Source of the DNA: Spirochaetia bacterium
GTDB lineage: Bacteria; Spirochaetota; Spirochaetia; DSM-2461
Length of the DNA: 64,000 nt
Reading direction: 5' to 3'
Assembly: GCA_963666985.2 (NCBI GenBank)
Contig: CAXXIA010000001.1
Span: 1,056,001 to 1,120,000 of the forward strand
Positions 1 through 10,407 of this stretch are shown in pieces. The notes beneath the pieces are model-generated. The model saw nothing but the letters and a program-made list of their open reading frames with translations. It was not told the DNA's origin and made no database searches. Numbering within the stretch: position 1 is the stretch's first letter; the number at the start of each line of letters is the position of its first letter. The translations under genes were made by a program, and so were the position numbers.

Positions 1-586
1 CGACGCCTTCCGCGCCTTCGCCGGTTTCGTCGGCGGAAGCCTTCGCATGAGAAACAATCGCGACGGTCAGAGTCGGATCAACCCGCAGTTCAACGGTATC
101 CGGGATATCAAGGGCACCGACATGGATGGACTCACCGACGGCAAGTTTGGAAACGTCGACGGTAAAAACACTCGGGAGATCTTTCGGGAGACAAATAATT
201 TCGAGTGTTTCGATCTTCTGCTCCAGAATTCCGCCTTCCCTGACTCCCATGGGAGTTCCCTCAAGGTGAATCGGCACCTGCGTGTGAAGTTTCTGTCCGG
301 CATGAATCGCATAGAAATCGATATGATTAACACGGCCGGAGAGAATGTCTTCCTGCATATCTTTAATAAGAACATGATGTTCGGCGCCGGCCACTTTCAG
401 CGTTACAATCATATTCCCCGAGACATGCTTAAACCGTGTGGCCCAATCCTTGGCGTCGACACTGACGGCTTTGGGATCACCTTCTCCATATAAAACGGCC
501 GGTATTTTGCCGTTTCTCCTGATTTCTCTTGCAGCGCCTTTATTTGATGCTTCGCGTAATTCAGCCGTAAGTTGCATGCTTTCCAT
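1..586 (-). CDS. rplY: 50S ribosomal protein L25/general stress protein Ctc (3' end outside window)
   Basis: Manual translation from ATG 586: MESMQLTAELREASNKGAAREIRRNGKIPAVLYG...HIDFY...VPIHLEGTPMGVREGGILEQ...ICLPKDLP. Missing from the ORF track because it runs off the edge. Confidence 0.95.
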   Translation of the reverse strand, partial: MESMQLTAELREASNKGAAREIRRNGKIPAVLYGEGDPKAVSVDAKDWATRFKHVSGNMIVTLKVAGAEHHVLIKDMQEDILSGRVNHIDFYAIHAGQKLHTQVPIHLEGTPMGVREGGILEQKIETLEIICLPKDLPSVFTVDVSKLAVGESIHVGALDIPDTVELRVDPTLTVAIVSHAKASADETGEGAEGV

Positions 587-628
587 GAGTCCCTCGATCC
601 TCCGTTGTTCGGGAATAATTAAATGTAG

Positions 629-700
629 CTAGGACGGCAGGATTCGAACCTGCGAATGCCGGGATCAAAACCCGGTGGCTTACCACTTGCCGACGTCCTA
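629..700 (-). tRNA. tRNA-Gln (TTG)
   Basis: Cloverleaf TAGGACG...CCGGG-TTTTGAT-CCCGG...GGTTCGAATCC...CGTCCTA-G; CCA not encoded. Confidence 0.95.
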
Positions 701-720
701 TCGTCTCGGTTTTCGCCGCT

Positions 721-1014
721 CTAGAACGCTCTATCGTCTCCGACGGACGTTTCTATGGAATCTCCCATCCTTTCATACTCCTCGAGGATTTTGTCCTGTA
801 AACGCATCCGAAAGGCTGTGTTTATAGGATGGGCAACATCCTTATACTCACCGTTCTTCGTTTTCCGACTCGGCATCGCGATAAAAACGCCGTTTTCACC
901 TTCGATGATTTTGACGTTGTGAACGACAAAAGAATCATCGAATGTAACGGTAACATAGGCTTTAAGCTTACCGTCGGCACTTACCTTCCTGATGCGTATA
1001 TCAGTGATGTCCAT
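721..1014 (-). CDS. spoVG: SpoVG nucleic-acid-binding regulator
   Basis: [11 protein letters not shown]...[35 protein letters not shown]...[17 protein letters not shown]. Confidence 0.97.
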   Translation of the reverse strand: MDITDIRIRKVSADGKLKAYVTVTFDDSFVVHNVKIIEGENGVFIAMPSRKTKNGEYKDVAHPINTAFRMRLQDKILEEYERMGDSIETSVGDDRAF

Positions 1015-1046
1015 GACCGTCCTCCTGGAGCGGTTACCGAACCTCT

Positions 1047-1075
1047 ATTTTAATGAGGGTGCGTTCGGCAATCAA
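1047..1075 (-). promoter_or_regulatory. sigma70-type promoter for spoVG-tRNA-Gln-rplY
   Basis: TTGATT-17 bp-TAAAAT on the minus strand. Confidence 0.6.
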
Positions 1076-1106
1076 GGGGTAGATTCGATACTCTTTTATA
1101 CCGGGA

Positions 1107-1135
1107 TTGACGACCTTTAATAAAGGCCTTAATGT
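1107..1135 (+). promoter_or_regulatory. sigma70-type promoter for the acidic small ORF
   Basis: TTGACG-17 bp-TAATGT. Confidence 0.5.
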
Positions 1136-1163
1136 AGGCATATCCGAAACGCGGGGTTGTCCC

Positions 1164-1394
1164 ATGCTGAGCGAAGAGCAACAAGTATTCGACGAAAGCG
1201 TTGACCCCTACGATAGCAGTATCGATAGGGATTTTGACGACGGGATAGCCGAACGAGCATCATTCGGAGCTTTTTCGGATGAACTCGAAGAAATTGATGA
1301 GGCCAACTGGGATTCGGATTGGGATGATGAAACCGTTCCTCAAGCCGAACAAACCGATGAAACGGCCGATTACGACGATTTATTCGACGATTGA
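1164..1394 (+). CDS. small, highly acidic hypothetical protein (76 aa)
   Basis: ATG 1164 after a GCGGGG RBS-like motif; about 30 Asp/Glu, 2 Arg, no Lys. Confidence 0.7.
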   Translation: MLSEEQQVFDESVDPYDSSIDRDFDDGIAERASFGAFSDELEEIDEANWDSDWDDETVPQAEQTDETADYDDLFDD

Positions 1395-1672
1395 GACCCA
1401 TTAATCAAATCAATTCCCAAAAAAACCCCTCTTCTGGTGAATGAGATTCTCTCCGAGACGGATGGAGCACTCGATGTTCACCAAGAATCGGGACCGCCTG
1501 ATGGGTTCGGACATTGCCGGTCGATTTTTCACATCGTGTGGTTAAGAAGCGCTCGAATGCGGCTCATGGCTCCAAAACCGATCCGGAAACCCGTTTGATA
1601 AAGAAAATCAAAAGAGGAATGCCGCCGGAACGCAAATGGAAACACCGAAAAGGAAAAGGACTTTCAGCATTC

Positions 1673-1701
1673 TTGACGCGATGGGATCAACCCGATACTG
1701 T
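1673..1701 (+). promoter_or_regulatory. promoter for tRNA-Arg
   Basis: TTGACG-17 bp-TACTGT just upstream of the tRNA. Confidence 0.55.
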
Positions 1702-1711
1702 TCCTTACTGC

Positions 1712-1785
1712 GGTCGCTTAGCTCAGCTGGATAGAGCGTTGCCCTCCGGAGGCAAAGGTCGTGGGTTCGAATCCCGCAGCGATCA
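1712..1785 (+). tRNA. tRNA-Arg (CCG)
   Basis: GGTCGCT-TAGCTCAGCTGGATAGAGC-G-TTGCC-CTCCGGA-GGCAA...GGGTTCGAATCCC-GC-AGCGATC-A. Confidence 0.95.
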
Positions 1786-1790
1786 CATTT

Positions 1791-1816
1791 AAAGCGCCTT
1801 TAAAGGGCGCTTTTTT
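1791..1816 (+). terminator. intrinsic terminator after tRNA-Arg
   Basis: AAAGCGCCTTTAAAGGGCGC hairpin followed by TTTTTT. Confidence 0.8.
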
Positions 1817-2023
1817 CATGCGTTCTCATGTCCGGGCCGGCCGGTCCGCCGATACGTCGGATAAGCGCAAGATTCAAGATTTTCACCGCGCTCCTTTGGG
1901 GAAACGGTCCGCGTCTCGCTCATCAGTCGACGCCGGAATCAATGAACGCCGGTGAAGAGCAAGATATACAAACACCTGAATACGATATATCCTTTACGGT
2001 ATAACAAATACCGAGGTACCGCC

Positions 2024-3757
2024 GTGAAAAAGCGCCTGCCCCTGGCCGCTTTGAGCCTCATTGCCGTTCTGCTCGTCTGGGCCGCCAGACCCTTAAGGAG
2101 CAGCAAATGGGACATTGAATTCGACCCCAATCTCCAGGCCGGTAAAGACTCTTACCTTGACGGGATCGGCCGCTTGTCGGCGAAAAGCGACCGCCCCAAC
2201 GTGCTGATTATCCTGGCCGACGATTTGGGGATGACCGACATTTCTCTCTACGGCTCGCCTCATCTGGAAACGCCCAACATTGATTCCATCGGGCGTGAGG
2301 GCATTACCTACAGCCAAGCATATGCCACCGCGCCCATCTGCTCGCCTTCCCGGGCCGGTCTTCTCACCGGGCGCTACCAGAACCGATACGGATTCGACAG
2401 CCAGCCCATGACCCGTTACGCCCGCTCCAGACTCGAATACTGGTGCTATCGTCTTTTCGTGAACACCTACCCCATGTTTCCCATCGACAACGAAAGCATC
2501 CCTTCGGAAAGTCAGATTGAGAGGCAGGGCATGCCGCCGACCGAGATTCTTCTTTCCGAGGCGCTCTCGGCCTCCGGCTACCGCTGCGGCGCGGTGGGTA
2601 AATGGCATCTGGGATACGGCGATCTCCAAGCTCCGACCAACCGGGGGTTCGACTCCTTCTACGGTTTTCTGGAAGCATTCACCGCGTATGCCGACCCCAA
2701 GCGTCCCGACATAGAGAGCGTTCAATTCGGCGAATTCAGCGAGAAGCATATCTGGCGCCAAAAGCGAAAAGGTCCCAGCGCCATCCGGCGCAACGGCGAG
2801 GTGATTGAGGAAGAGGATCATCTGACCGACGCCATCGCACGAGAGGCCGCGGCGAAAATCCGCGATTATGCCTCGGAGGATGAGCCGTTTTTTCTCTACG
2901 TCCCCTTTTCCGCGCCTCATACTCCCTTCCAGGCCCTCACCTCTTACACCGAGAAATTTTCCGATGTGGAAGACCCCGCCAAGCGAATCTACTATGCGCT
3001 GATTTCCCAGCTTGATGACGCCGTGGGCGAAATTCTGGATGAGCTGGAGGCTTCGGGGCAGGCCGAGAATACATTGGTGATCTTCGCCAGCGACAACGGC
3101 GGGGCCACCTACACAGGGGCCACGGGAAACGATCCTTTACGCGGCGGCAAGATGTCCCACTTCGAAGGAGGCCTTTCGGTTCCGCTGGTTCTCCGGTGGC
3201 CCGCTTCGCTTTCCTCCGGTGTTCAGGAAGATGCGCCTGTGCTCCTAACCGACGTTTTTACAACCGTTCTGAACGCCGCCGGTGTGCCGCTGCCTGAAGA
3301 CAGGCCCATCGACGGGATTGATCTTTTCGGCCGAGGCGGCAAAGCCGGCGATGTCGCATGGGGCGGCCAATTTATTTCTTCGGATTCAGCCGATTACACA
3401 GCGGCCGACTCATCTCAAGCCGCCGATACAGCCTCCGCCGCGAACACAGCCGCGGCAGTCGATATCGCCGGTCCGCCGGAAGACCGTCCGCTGTTCTGGC
3501 GTGCCGACTACAACCATGTCACCCTTTGGAATGGGTGGAAACTCATCGAAAACGGCAAGGACGGCCGCATCTGGCTCTACAACATCGAAAACGACCGTGA
3601 GGAAAATAACAATCTCGCGGAGGAGCGGCCGGATATGGTGAACATGCTCCATGAAGCCTTTGAAGCCTGGAACGCCGAAATGATGCGGCCGTCCTGGCCT
3701 CGCGTAATGGACTATTTCTACAATGAGGACGGCGAAGGATACTGGTTCGCGACCTAA
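2024..3757 (+). CDS. exported/membrane-anchored arylsulfatase-family sulfatase (Cys type)
   Basis: PNVLIILADDLG, CSPSRAGLLTG (CxPxR), GKWHLG, APHTP, SDNGG; hydrophobic N-terminus; GTG 2024 follows a GAGG RBS. Confidence 0.92.
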   Translation: MKKRLPLAALSLIAVLLVWAARPLRSSKWDIEFDPNLQAGKDSYLDGIGRLSAKSDRPNVLIILADDLGMTDISLYGSPHLETPNIDSIGREGITYSQAYATAPICSPSRAGLLTGRYQNRYGFDSQPMTRYARSRLEYWCYRLFVNTYPMFPIDNESIPSESQIERQGMPPTEILLSEALSASGYRCGAVGKWHLGYGDLQAPTNRGFDSFYGFLEAFTAYADPKRPDIESVQFGEFSEKHIWRQKRKGPSAIRRNGEVIEEEDHLTDAIAREAAAKIRDYASEDEPFFLYVPFSAPHTPFQALTSYTEKFSDVEDPAKRIYYALISQLDDAVGEILDELEASGQAENTLVIFASDNGGATYTGATGNDPLRGGKMSHFEGGLSVPLVLRWPASLSSGVQEDAPVLLTDVFTTVLNAAGVPLPEDRPIDGIDLFGRGGKAGDVAWGGQFISSDSADYTAADSSQAADTASAANTAAAVDIAGPPEDRPLFWRADYNHVTLWNGWKLIENGKDGRIWLYNIENDREENNNLAEERPDMVNMLHEAFEAWNAEMMRPSWPRVMDYFYNEDGEGYWFAT

Positions 3758-3900
3758 AAACAGCGCGGCTCGTAAATCACGATAGAATCGAGCCGGAAAC
3801 AGTCCGGCCGGTCGCCCGGCGAGAGTCGGCGGATTGCCTCACCCGCCGATTCGAACGCCTCCTGCCCCCGCCACCATTTCCGATCTGCCGCAAAAGCCGA

Positions 3901-5613
3901 CTATCGGTACACCTTGCTTTTCGCCGAGGCGCGGGCTCCCCGATATCCCCAAAGCAAACGCCCCATCAACTCAGCCCTTGGATCAACAGGCCCTTCAAAA
4001 TACAGAGACTTCCATTTCTCCACTCCGGCAAGTTCGGCGGCCGCTTTTCGAGCCTCCTCCAATCCTCCGAATTTATCGGCCAATCCCGACGCAACCGCAC
4101 GGCCGCCGGACCAGGGTATCCCTCCGGCCAAAGAAGCGACTGCCTCTTCGTCCAGTCCCCGCTTCTCGGCCACCAGCCCCTGAAAAAGCATATCGATATC
4201 CTTGATGCCGGACGCATAAAGGCTCGCATACCGGTCATCCAGGGAACGTCCCGGATGATTTCCTCCGGACCAGGGAGTCGTACCCACTCCGTCGATCCGA
4301 ACGCCGAGCCAGTCGCGAAGAGCTTTTTCAAAGGTCATGGTAAGACTGTATACGCCGATGGATCCTGTTACGGTTTCCGGCCGCGTGACAATCAAATCGG
4401 ACTCCAGTGCAATCCAATATCCGCCGGAAGCGGCCATATCTCCCATCGAGGCGACGACAGGCAGTCCCCATTTTTCCCGTGTTTCCGCCAAAGAACGGCG
4501 AACGGCTTCACCGGCTCGGACATCTCCTCCGGGACTGTCGATCCGGACGACAAGCGCCGCGACTCCCGGCAGCTCGCGCGCCGCGGTGACGGCGCCGACA
4601 ATGTCATCGCTTCCGGCCGTTCCGGCGCTACCTTCTCCGTAGACAAGAGCTCCTGTTACGGGAATAACGGCAATCTTCGGAGCACCCGCTCCGCCCCGGA
4701 ATACCCGGGCGGCATAATCGAGAGCGTCGATTCTCCGCCGAGGATTATCACCGAAACGTTCCGAAAGGATTCCTTCCAAAACACCGCCCGTTTCCACCGT
4801 GTCGACAAGACCGCCCTTCAGCGCGGCCGCCGATCCGTCGCCGCCAGCGGCGGCAAGATATTCATCGTATCCGTCGATCCAGGCTTCCAAATCCTCGGGA
4901 TTCATTCCCCGGTTTTTCGCCACGGCCGAGAGCCATTCATTCCAGAGATCGCCGAATAATCGCCGCTCATCCCGCAGAGAAGCTTCGGACATTTTATCCA
5001 GAACGGCGTTTTCCGCCGCGCTCTTCGATTCACCGGAGCGGAACAGATGCGCCTCGCCGCCCAGCTTTTCCAGCCCTTCGGCGTAATAGGCTCTCCAGGA
5101 ACCGTAGCCGGCCACAAAAACCTCTCCGAGCCGATCCAAAACGATTTCGTTCGCCGCGGACGCGATACGGTACCGGGAGGTGTCGTAGGTATCGGCGCCG
5201 GCTAAAACAGGTTTACCCGATTCCCGAAACCGCGCCAGAGCGTCCGCCAGTTCACCGGCCGCCGCCGGACCCGCGGAAGTCAAATCATTCAGATTTACCC
5301 AAACACCGATAATCCGCTCATCCGCGGCGGCCGCGTCCACCGCGCTCACCAAATCATCCAGGAGCGACTCGCTTAAATATCCCCCGACGGGCAAACCGCG
5401 AAAACTTGCCGGAGAAGAATAAGCATCGACAAGAGTTCCAACCGGATGCACCACCAGAAGACTTTTGTCTCTCACCCTCGGCGGACCGGAGAGAATAAAT
5501 CCGATAAAAAGGCCGATGATCAGTCCCCAGAAGAGAATTCCCAGGATGAGACGTCGAACAAGATCAAGTCCGTGTCCCAAATCCTCCATTCTTCGTCGAA
5601 ATCGATTATTCAT
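3901..5613 (-). CDS. sppA: signal peptide peptidase SppA (67K type, protease IV)
   Basis: N-terminal TM; tandem S49 domains with RIDSPGG, SMGDMAASGGYWIA, TGSIGV. Confidence 0.93.
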   Translation of the reverse strand: MNNRFRRRMEDLGHGLDLVRRLILGILFWGLIIGLFIGFILSGPPRVRDKSLLVVHPVGTLVDAYSSPASFRGLPVGGYLSESLLDDLVSAVDAAAADERIIGVWVNLNDLTSAGPAAAGELADALARFRESGKPVLAGADTYDTSRYRIASAANEIVLDRLGEVFVAGYGSWRAYYAEGLEKLGGEAHLFRSGESKSAAENAVLDKMSEASLRDERRLFGDLWNEWLSAVAKNRGMNPEDLEAWIDGYDEYLAAAGGDGSAAALKGGLVDTVETGGVLEGILSERFGDNPRRRIDALDYAARVFRGGAGAPKIAVIPVTGALVYGEGSAGTAGSDDIVGAVTAARELPGVAALVVRIDSPGGDVRAGEAVRRSLAETREKWGLPVVASMGDMAASGGYWIALESDLIVTRPETVTGSIGVYSLTMTFEKALRDWLGVRIDGVGTTPWSGGNHPGRSLDDRYASLYASGIKDIDMLFQGLVAEKRGLDEEAVASLAGGIPWSGGRAVASGLADKFGGLEEARKAAAELAGVEKWKSLYFEGPVDPRAELMGRLLWGYRGARASAKSKVYR

Positions 5614-5728
5614 AGCTCATCTCCGAGGCGTTTCGGCGGTATACGGCAACGAATCGGCGCCGGAAAAAATAGAACTCGGTCCGCAGGTTCGCAAACCGCC
5701 GCAAGATAAGGAATCCCGATGCACCGTA

Positions 5729-6146
5729 TTACTCACCCAACGTTCTCAAACGCTCTTCATTCCGCGACCAGCCGCCCGCCAGGTCATAAACCTCGTGAAA
5801 ACCCATCTTTTCCATCAGAGCCATCGTTCGGGAACTGCGATTCCCGGACCGGCAGTACAAAAAATAAGTTCCGTCCCGATCCAGTTTATCCAGCGAATTC
5901 TGAAAATCTCCCGCATAGTAATCAATATTAACAGCGGGTACCGCATGACCGTCTTCGTATTCCCCTGGTGTGCGAACGTCTATGAGAACGGCTTCTCCAT
6001 CAGCGCTTTTTTCTTCATAGAGGGCAAAAAAACTCATCCGAACCGACCGTTTTGATTTTCGTTTCTTCGGCGCAGGCCGAGAAAATGAACGCGAAGAGGA
6101 AAAAGACAACCGCCGCAGATTTCTCGGGCCGATAGATCCATTTCAT
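5729..6146 (-). CDS. rhodanese-like lipoprotein, frameshifted at a T7 run (6026-6032)
   Basis: LIDVRTPGEYEDGH...LYCRSGNRS...LAGG. An upstream frame from ATG 6146/6155 gives the signal peptide ...VVFFLFAFIFSAC and joins the domain if one T is removed. Confidence 0.8.
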
Positions 6147-6262
6147 ATGTTTCATTACTTCAATATACGGAATTCGCCGTACGTTGCCCAATACGCGGAT
6201 AGAACTTCAGTATTCATCCAATCGCTCCAATCGCCGAACTCTTCCGCCCGACATCCCGCCGA

Positions 6263-9200
6263 TTAGAGCATCCGTTCAATGGCATCCAGATCTTTCAGCG
6301 CCCGAGCCTCGGAAACCTTCCCCGCGGGCCGTACATCTCCGGCGGCGAAAAGCGCCACCCTCAGCTCCTGTATCATCACTTTAGCCTCGTCAACCGCACG
6401 GCGCTTTTCGCTGCTGGCCAACGGAGAAAGCGTCTCCAGGATACCGTCAAGACGCGCCTTCAGCGGCTCCCAGATATCGGAAGCTTTCCGATCTTTCCGC
6501 GGATCAGCCGATCCTTTGCGCGCCCTGGAGACTTGCGCCTTCATCCACCGGGGCAATGCCTTCCAAACATCCGTGTCATACCTTTCGGTAAATCCCGTCG
6601 CGAGTTCTTCCACATCGGTAAGCCGCTCCCGGACAAAATCGGGCCGGTGACTTTTACCGGCGAATTCGGTCAGTTCGGCCCGTACCCCGCCGTAGATTTC
6701 AAGCACCTGGGTTACCGATTCGAAATATGCCTCGGCCGTTCCATGGATTATTTTTCCGCCCTCGGCGAGCTTTTTATCCCAGGCTCCCTCATCACGAACC
6801 ACTTCATCGGAGAAACTCGCGGCGATCGCCCGATTCCAGACAGCCTCTTCCAACGCCGACGCGCCTCCCAAATAAGAGGCGTACACCCGAGCTTGTCCGG
6901 CCAAAGGCATGCTTTTTCGGAAATCCCGGAGCTCCCTGCTCCAATGAATGCGGGCCAACCGTATCTGACCCGCCGAATGAGCCTCTTCCGCCTTACCCCT
7001 ATCGTCGTAAAAACGCAGAGAAACCGATTCACCGTCGTCCCGGAGCGCCGGCCAAAGCCGGGCGCCGCCCTCTATGGTTACCGATTCGGGGGATGCCTCC
7101 GGCGGGCCAGGACTTCAGGCCTGTACGTTCATTTTCTTTCCGATAGCGTGCGGTCCGCCCGCCTTCCGAGCCCTTAACTCCGGGTACAGCCGCCACAAGA
7201 TCCGAAGGATCGCGTCCCGAAGCCACCTCCCGTCCCGAGTCGTCCAAAAGGCTGTAGCGCATTCTTAAATGAAGCGGAACCGCTTCGGCGTCCCATTCGG
7301 CGGGAGGAATATCGATTTCCCTCTCCCGGTAAAGCCAGGCCGCCAGGGCATGAATCAAATCTCCTTCTCCGTGATTCATCCCTTCCAGAGCCGCCGCCGC
7401 GGTTTCGGGGATGGGAATAAGACGCCGCCGGTGCTTCTTGGGCAAACCGCGCATCAGGGCCTCAATCCGCTCCTCCAGCATGCCCGGAACCAGCCAGTCG
7501 CCCTTTCCCGGAGTCAGTTCGGAGAGTCTGCCCGAAGGGATTTTTAAAGTGGCGCCGTCCTCGAGTGAATCCGTATCGAAGATATAGGAAAGCTTCCATT
7601 GTTCCCCGCCGATTTCAGCCGATTCCGGGTAATCCTGCAGAGAAGAAAACTCACCGACGCCCGTCAACAAATCATTCTCGGAGAGAATCAGGTGCGCTTC
7701 TCCCCTTTCCCGGAGATGTCGGTTCAAAGTTCCCAAATCCAACACCCCGCGGGGCAGCCTCTCCGAATAGAACGCGGACACCGCATCTTCTCCGGCCAAG
7801 AGATCGCGCCGGCGAAGACGGTTCTGCATCGATTCCAGATTGCGGATGAGGGCCGCGTTTTTCTTCAAGAAACCGTATCCGCCCGAAGCGGCGATATCAC
7901 CCTCAACCAAAGCCGATTTGATGAAGATCTCCCGAGCCTCGTCGGGCTTCACCGTACCGTACGGAATGACTGCATCATCGGAGATGAGAAAGCCGAAAAG
8001 ACGCATTTGCTCGGTGGCCATCACCGCGCCCGCTTTGCGGCTCCAGTGAGGATGAATCCAGTTCCGCGCGGCAAGATCGGAGCCGAGATCAACCAGCCAA
8101 AGAGGATCGATGGCGGCCACGGAACGGGCGTAGAGCCTCGTGGTCCGAACCATTTCCGCCGCCATAATCCAGGGAGGGGAAGCCTTGCGCAGAGAGGAAC
8201 CGGGATGAATTCGAGCCTGACGATTTCTGGTGGCCTCGTAGGTACCGCCTTCCTCACGCCGCGCGATATGAGAAAGAAATCCGCTGAGAAGGGCACGGTG
8301 TATGGCGGCATAGCGCATCGAGAAATTGCCCTTTCGGTCCGTCGACGGCTCACGTTTTAATCGGTGCGGCCTATAGCCGTTCTCTTCCATCACAAGGGTG
8401 AGCTGCTTATGGATGTCCATCCATTCCTTCATCCGCCTGAAGGAGAGATAGTTCTCCGCGCAGTATTTTTTCAGCTTGGAACTGAACGATCCCTTTCGCC
8501 CGTAGGTTCGATACCCATCCCAGATATTGAGCCATCCGATAAAATCGGAACAATCATCGGAGAATGCCTTGTGCGCCGCATCGGCGCTGCCGGTCTTTTC
8601 CGGAGGTCTCTCCCTCGGGTCCGGCAGGCTCAAGGCCGCCGCGATGGGAAGCACGTCGCCGAGACAGCCTTCCCGGTCGGCCTGGATGAGCACTTTCGCC
8701 AGCCGCGGGTCCAAAGGGAGCCTTGCCATCAGGCGGCCGTCTTTGCTTAAGGTGCGCTCGTCCGCGGTTTTCCTGCGCCGCTTCGATTGAACTGGGCCGG
8801 AAGAAGACGCGATCCGATTACGCGCCTCGGGAGAGCGGGCGGCTGAAAGAGCCGAGATCTCCCTTACATCCTCTCCAGATTCCGAGATTCCCGCCAGCGC
8901 CCCGATTTCCCGAAGCGTCCTGAGGCCGTCCCGAATCCCGGCGGATGCAGGCGGATCCACGAACGGAAAGGACTCGATATCCCGTATCCCCAAATCCAGC
9001 AGCCGCAGAACCACTTCGGCCAGATTGGTCCGGCGTATCTCCGGCAGCGTAAAACGCGGGCGGGCGTTATAGTCTTCTTCGGAATAAAGGCGGATGCACA
9101 CTCCGTCCTGCACGCGGCCGCATCGCCCGGCCCGCTGATCCGCCGAGGCCCTGGAAATCGGATCAACCGGAAGACCGTGCGTACCGGTGCCCGGATTATA

Positions 9201-10310
9201 ACGGCTGATTCTCGCCAATCCGCTGTCCACAACATAGCGGATTCCCGGAATGGTCAGCGAAGTTTCGGCGACATTCGTGGCCGCGACTAAGTTTCGTTTG
9301 CCGCCGGTTTGAAAAACTTTTTTCTGCTCGGAGGCGGGAAGCCGGGCGAAAAGCGGCAGAATATTCAGCCTGTCGGCGTAATCCTTGGATGCCAGATCCA
9401 TGGTCTCGCGGATGTCCTGTTCGGTCGGCAGAAAAACCAGAATATCGCCGCCGCGGGTTTCCGAAACCAGCTCGCGGATAACGCCGGAACACCTCTCGGC
9501 CAGAGACAGTTCCGCCGTCACCTCATCCGGTTCGTCATAGACAATCTCAACCGGATACATCCGTCCGGAAACCTCGATGATGGGAGCGCCGCCGAAGTGC
9601 TTTGAAAACTTCTCGGTATCCAGCGTGGCCGAAGTGATAATCACTTTCAAATCCCGGCGTTTGTCGATCAGACGGCGAACCATGCCCAGAAGAACATCGA
9701 TGTTCAGGGACCTCTCGTGAGCCTCATCGATAATCAGCGTATCGTACGAACGCAGGGAAGGATGAGACTGCGCTTCGGCCAGAAGCATGCCGTCGGTGAG
9801 AATACGGATTCGGTTTTCATCCCGGCTCGAATCATGGAAGCGGATTTTCGATCCCACCAGAGATTCATCGCCCAGCTCTTCGGCGATACGCGAGGCCACC
9901 GTTAAGGCGGCGATGCGGCGGGGCTGGGTGCAGCCGATAAGACCGTCCACGCCCCGTCCGGCTTCCAGACACATCTTGGGGATTTGCGTCGTTTTGCCGC
10001 TGCCGGTTTCGCCGGAAAGCACCACCACCTGATTCTCCCGGATGGTTTTGACAATTTCCTCACGGCGGGCGGTAATCGGGAGTTCTTCCGGATAGTTGTA
10101 GGCGATCGCTTGAGTCCTGCGGCGTTTTCGCTCGTCCGCGGAGGCTCTGATGCCGGCCAGAAGCCTCGCCGCTTCTTCCGGCAGGGCCTTGTCGCCCTTT
10201 TTTCGTAAGGACTGGATTCCTCGCCGAAGCCTTCCTTTGTCGCATCCTCGGGCCCTGCCCGTCAGTTTCTCGGCTTCATCGAGAAGGGAGGGAACTTCGT
10301 GATCACCCAT
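6263..10310 (-). CDS. hrpA: ATP-dependent RNA helicase HrpA, with one frameshift at 7088-7092
   Basis: GETGSGKTTQ, TQPRRIAA, DEAHERS, SAT, QRAGRCGR. The 7029-10598 and 6263-6958 ORFs fuse if one C is removed from a C5 run. Likely start is ATG 10310. Confidence 0.9.
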
Positions 10311-10372
10311 ATTCGGTGTGTACCCCGTGAGGGGCCCAGGGTCAAGGGCATTGAAAGTGATCCTTATATATC

Positions 10373-10401
10373 TTGAAGAGCGAACAATACACATGTATAG
10401 T
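10373..10401 (+). promoter_or_regulatory. dinB promoter overlapped by the palindrome ATAC-ACAT-GTAT (candidate LexA-type operator)
   Basis: TTGAAG-17 bp-TATAGT; inverted repeat at 10387-10398. Confidence 0.5.
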
Positions 10402-10407
10402 ATTTCT

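Noticed and set aside
1712..2000. Genomic island integrated at tRNA-Arg
   Set aside because: No integrase and no duplicated tRNA 3' end were seen; a terminator and an ordinary gene follow.
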